From an uncultured Spirochaetota bacterium (GTDB taxonomy: Bacteria; Spirochaetota; Spirochaetia; SZUA-6; Fen-1364): DNA of 64,000 bases. The stretch covers positions 2,944,001 to 3,008,000 of the forward strand of contig CAWGAA010000001.1 in assembly GCA_963820525.1 (NCBI GenBank). Direction: 5' to 3'. Shown one piece after another: positions 61,141 through 64,000 of the stretch. The translations under genes were made by a program, and so were the position numbers. The first letter of the stretch is position 1; every line of letters begins with the position of its first letter. The notes below the pieces were generated by a model. It saw only the letters and a program-made list of their open reading frames with translations. It was not told the origin of the DNA and did no database searches.

Positions 61141-61613
61141 CACACCCCCCTGTCTCTCACGGCCTGCGGGTCCCACTCCACGTATTCGCTCCTGAGAGGA
61201 TGGACCCCTTCGGGCCACTCCTCGGGCAGCAGCAGCCTCTCCGGTCTGGGATGCCCGCGGAAGGTGACGCCGAGAAGCTCGCGCATCTCCCGCTCGATCC
61301 AGTTGGCTCCCTTGATGAGCGGGGTGAGGGAATCCACCTCGGGCCGCTCGCGGTCCAGCTTCACCCTGAGGCTCACCAGGAGGTTCTGGCCCTCCAGGGA
61401 GAAGTGGTAGAGGATCTCCATGCGGCCCCGGGCATCCACTCCCGACGCCGTGTTGAACCTGGCGCCGAGATCCCTGAACAGGTAGGTCGCCACCGCGAGC
61501 AGGGCCTGCGGCCTGATCTCGACGTACACCCTGGCTGCGGACTTTTCGGCGACTTCCACGATGTCGGCCGCGAATTGCCGCCTGATGGCGGCGAGCGCTT
61601 CATCCCGGCTCAT
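61140..61613 (-). CDS. NuoC-like subunit
   Basis: 'ANWIEREMRELLGVTFRGHP...LLLPEEWPEGVHPLR'. Confidence 0.93.
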   Translation of the reverse strand: MSRDEALAAIRRQFAADIVEVAEKSAARVYVEIRPQALLAVATYLFRDLGARFNTASGVDARGRMEILYHFSLEGQNLLVSLRVKLDRERPEVDSLTPLIKGANWIEREMRELLGVTFRGHPRPERLLLPEEWPEGVHPLRSEYVEWDPQAVRDRGV

Positions 61614-62041
61614 GATTTTCCTCCCAGCTTTGCGATGAGCTTCACCACGCCCGCGATGATCGCCTCCGGCTTCGGGGGGCATCCGGGGATATAGACGTGC
61701 ACGGGGATGACCCGGTCCAACGGCAGCGGGCAGTTGTAGCTCTTCATGAACATGCCGCGGGAGAGCGCGCACTCCCCGATGGCCACCACGACGCAGGGCT
61801 TTGGGACGTGCTCCTCCCAGATCTTTTTCACCCGGTGCATCGTTTTCCTGTTGCAGGAGCCGGTCACCAGGAGGACGTCCGCGTGGCGGGCGCTTCCGGC
61901 CAGCCGCATGCCGAACCGCTCGACGTCGAAGCGCGGGGTGAGGCAGTCGAGGACTTCGATATCGCAGTTGTTGCAGCTCCCCGTGGAAAGATGGAACACC
62001 CAGGGGGATTTCAAGAGGGCCTTCAAGGTGATGCCGCCCAT
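61610..62041 (-). CDS. Group 4 hydrogenase small subunit (NuoB-like)
   Basis: Motifs 'GSCNNCDIE', 'RHADVLLVTG', 'IGECA', 'YIPGCPPKPE'. Confidence 0.95.
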   Translation of the reverse strand: MGGITLKALLKSPWVFHLSTGSCNNCDIEVLDCLTPRFDVERFGMRLAGSARHADVLLVTGSCNRKTMHRVKKIWEEHVPKPCVVVAIGECALSRGMFMKSYNCPLPLDRVIPVHVYIPGCPPKPEAIIAGVVKLIAKLGGKS

Positions 62042-62598
62042 TACGCCTTCTCCCTCATCCAGTGGGTGGAATGGATCACAAGATTGTCTCCCACCAGAAA
62101 CGTTCGATCCGGCAGCGCGGCGTCCGCCTGCCGGAGGGCGAGCGCCCCATGGGGGCAGCTGGCGATGCACAGGGGTTCGCCCGCCGTGCCCCTTCGGTCA
62201 AGGCAGAAATCGCAGTTGTGGACTATAAGGGGAACGATCTCCGGGTAGATGGTGCCGTACGGGCAGGCGTGGGAGCAGGAGCGGCAGCTCACGCAGCGCA
62301 TCGTGTGCCGTAAAAGCAGCCTCTCCCTGGCCTGTTGCTGTTCCAGCGCCTGAACGGGACAGCTTTTCACGCAGTGCGGGTCCTCGCAGCGGCGGCAGAC
62401 CAGGGCATACGTGGCCAGCTCGACCACGGAGAGGATGCCGTTGTTCGACGGGTGGTAGAAGTAGCTGCAGAGCGCCGTGCATCCCGCGCAGTCCCCCGAT
62501 GCGCACACGTCAAGGTCGACGAACAACCGCGCGTGAGCGGCGGGACGCGGCGTGGTGCCCGGAATGCCGAGGTAGACCTCCTCCGCGCTCGTGCTCAT
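62041..62598 (-). CDS. Multi-[4Fe-4S] electron-transfer subunit (HycB/DmsB-like)
   Basis: Motifs 'CRRCEDPHCVKSCP', 'CVSCRSCSHACP', 'CDFC...PLCIASCP'. Confidence 0.9.
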   Translation of the reverse strand: MSTSAEEVYLGIPGTTPRPAAHARLFVDLDVCASGDCAGCTALCSYFYHPSNNGILSVVELATYALVCRRCEDPHCVKSCPVQALEQQQARERLLLRHTMRCVSCRSCSHACPYGTIYPEIVPLIVHNCDFCLDRRGTAGEPLCIASCPHGALALRQADAALPDRTFLVGDNLVIHSTHWMREKA

Positions 62599-62609
62599 GT
62601 GCTCCCTCC

Positions 62610-63434
62610 TCAGTCCCAGATATCGTGAAAGCGGCTGATCGAATCGTAGCGGAACACCGGACCGTCCTTGCACGCATAGAAGGTGCCGATCCTGCAATGT
62701 CCGCACTTGCCCAGGCCGCAGGACATGTTTTTTTCCATGGAGAGAAAGATGCGGTTTTCCGAGAACCCGAGATCCCTGAGCTTGCCCGTCGCGTATTTCA
62801 TCATCACGGGGGGACCGCAGACCACGGCGATCCCCTCCGCGCGGTCGATGTCGGCGCCGTCCAGGATCGTCGTCACCACCCCTACCTTGCCCCGCCAATC
62901 CCCGTTCGCCTGGTCCACGGTCAGCACGACGTCCAGGTCCCCTCGTTCGGCCCACCCCTCGATCTCCTTGCGATAGAGAAAATCACCCGGGGTCTTGCAT
63001 CCACCCCGAAAGGCGAGCTTTTTCAGCCGTCCCGATTGATTGAAGAACTCGTACATCAGGCTGCGAAGCGGCGCGAACCCGCAGCCTCCGCCGACCACGA
63101 GCACTTCCTTGCCCGCAAACACCTCCAGCGGATATCCGGTGCCGAAAGGCCCCCGCAACCCCACCGTTGCCCTGGGTTGAAGCTCGTGGATGGCGGAGGT
63201 CACCCTGCCCGCCTTCATTACCGTGAAAGAAAGCACCTGGGGTTCGGATGGATTGGACGAGGGGGTGAACGGCGCTTCCCCGAGGCCTGGCACCGTCAAC
63301 TCCATGAATTGACCCGTCTTGAAGTCCAAGGGCTCCTTCGGTTCCACACGAAGCGTCTTGATTGTGGGGGTCTCGGCAATGACCTCGACCACCTTCGCCT
63401 CCACGGGCTGGTAGGGATTTTCGCTCTTATCCAT
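62610..63434 (-). CDS. FAD/NAD(P)-binding subunit, AsrB/sulfhydrogenase-gamma-like
   Basis: Motifs 'GQFM', 'GLRGPFG', 'GGGCGFAPLRS', 'CGPPVMM', [2Fe-2S] 'MSCGLGKCGHC...CKDGPVF'. Confidence 0.93.
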   Translation of the reverse strand: MDKSENPYQPVEAKVVEVIAETPTIKTLRVEPKEPLDFKTGQFMELTVPGLGEAPFTPSSNPSEPQVLSFTVMKAGRVTSAIHELQPRATVGLRGPFGTGYPLEVFAGKEVLVVGGGCGFAPLRSLMYEFFNQSGRLKKLAFRGGCKTPGDFLYRKEIEGWAERGDLDVVLTVDQANGDWRGKVGVVTTILDGADIDRAEGIAVVCGPPVMMKYATGKLRDLGFSENRIFLSMEKNMSCGLGKCGHCRIGTFYACKDGPVFRYDSISRFHDIWD

Positions 63435-64000
63435 TTCTCGCCATGCCCCCCAGAATCCTTCGGATGTCGATGCGGCCGGGACATGCGGAGATGCAGCGGC
63501 CGCATCCTGTGCAGGCATACAGGCTGCGGGTCTTGGGGAAGAAATCGAATTTCTTCTCGAAACGGTTGCGCAGCCGCATCCACAGCTGGGGCCGGGGATT
63601 GGCCCCGCCGGCAACCTTCGCGAAATCCTTGATGAGGCAGGAATCCCACATCCTAAACCGCGCAGCCTCGTCGTCTTTTTTCTGGTCGTAGAGCAGGAAA
63701 CAGTGGCAGGTGGGGCAGATGGTATTGCAGGCACCGCATTCCACGCACGTGGACGCCTCCTGCCCCCAGAGTCCGGACTCCCAGCTCTGCTCGAAGGCGC
63801 CTTCCAACAGCTCCTGTGCGGGAATACGGTGCTCCTGGATGTTGCCGCGGACTTTCTCTTCCGCCTGCCGGCGCAGCCGTTCACGTTCATCCATTTCTTG
63901 CTGCGTCGCCTCGCGCGGACGGGGAGCGGCGCTCTCCATCAGGGTCTCGCCGCGGGTGGAGCCCGCTTCCACGACGAACCCGCCCGCGATCTCGGAGAGG
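63427..64000 (-). CDS. AsrA/sulfhydrogenase-beta-like [4Fe-4S] subunit (5' partial)
   Basis: Motifs 'CVECGACNTICPTCHCF', 'WDSC', 'GGANPR', 'CTGCGRCISACP'. Confidence 0.9.
   Translation of the reverse strand, partial: LSEIAGGFVVEAGSTRGETLMESAAPRPREATQQEMDERERLRRQAEEKVRGNIQEHRIPAQELLEGAFEQSWESGLWGQEASTCVECGACNTICPTCHCFLLYDQKKDDEAARFRMWDSCLIKDFAKVAGGANPRPQLWMRLRNRFEKKFDFFPKTRSLYACTGCGRCISACPGRIDIRRILGGMARNG

Overview
GC-rich bacterial chromosomal window, most likely Spirochaetota (inferred from a DUF2259-like protein, archaeal-type ProRS, the LspA 'FYGILGLERWPTFN' motif and the signal peptide styles). Layout, left to right: (1) 1-15.3 kb is an accessory region downstream of a minus-strand tRNA-Val(CAC). 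It holds a membrane-anchored LuxR gene followed by an orphan promoter and a G.U-supported long hairpin, a LUD gene, a probable D-apiose-type uptake/transketolase cluster, and a 2.5-kb integrase-less islet bounded by a 42-bp tRNA-Val repeat that carries one Ig/RCC1-repeat lipoprotein. (2) 15.6-42.4 kb is mostly housekeeping: aroF, PPi-type PFK, proS, purL/purQ, tRNA-Ala, lspA, Nif3, and an acyl-CoA dehydrogenase-EtfB-ferredoxin/EtfA operon. (3) 42.4-52 kb is a decayed accessory patch: hicBA, Fic and type III Res fragments joined back to back, recQ, an ABC-F remnant, radC and a LuxR/target pair. (4) 52-64 kb is a minus-strand operon of at least 17 genes for a group 4 [NiFe] hydrogenase with a full Mrp antiporter module and an AsrA/AsrB-like flavin NAD(P) module; it continues beyond the window. 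No CRISPR, rRNA, intact integrase, transposase or reverse transcriptase was seen. All family calls come from motif recognition, not database searches.
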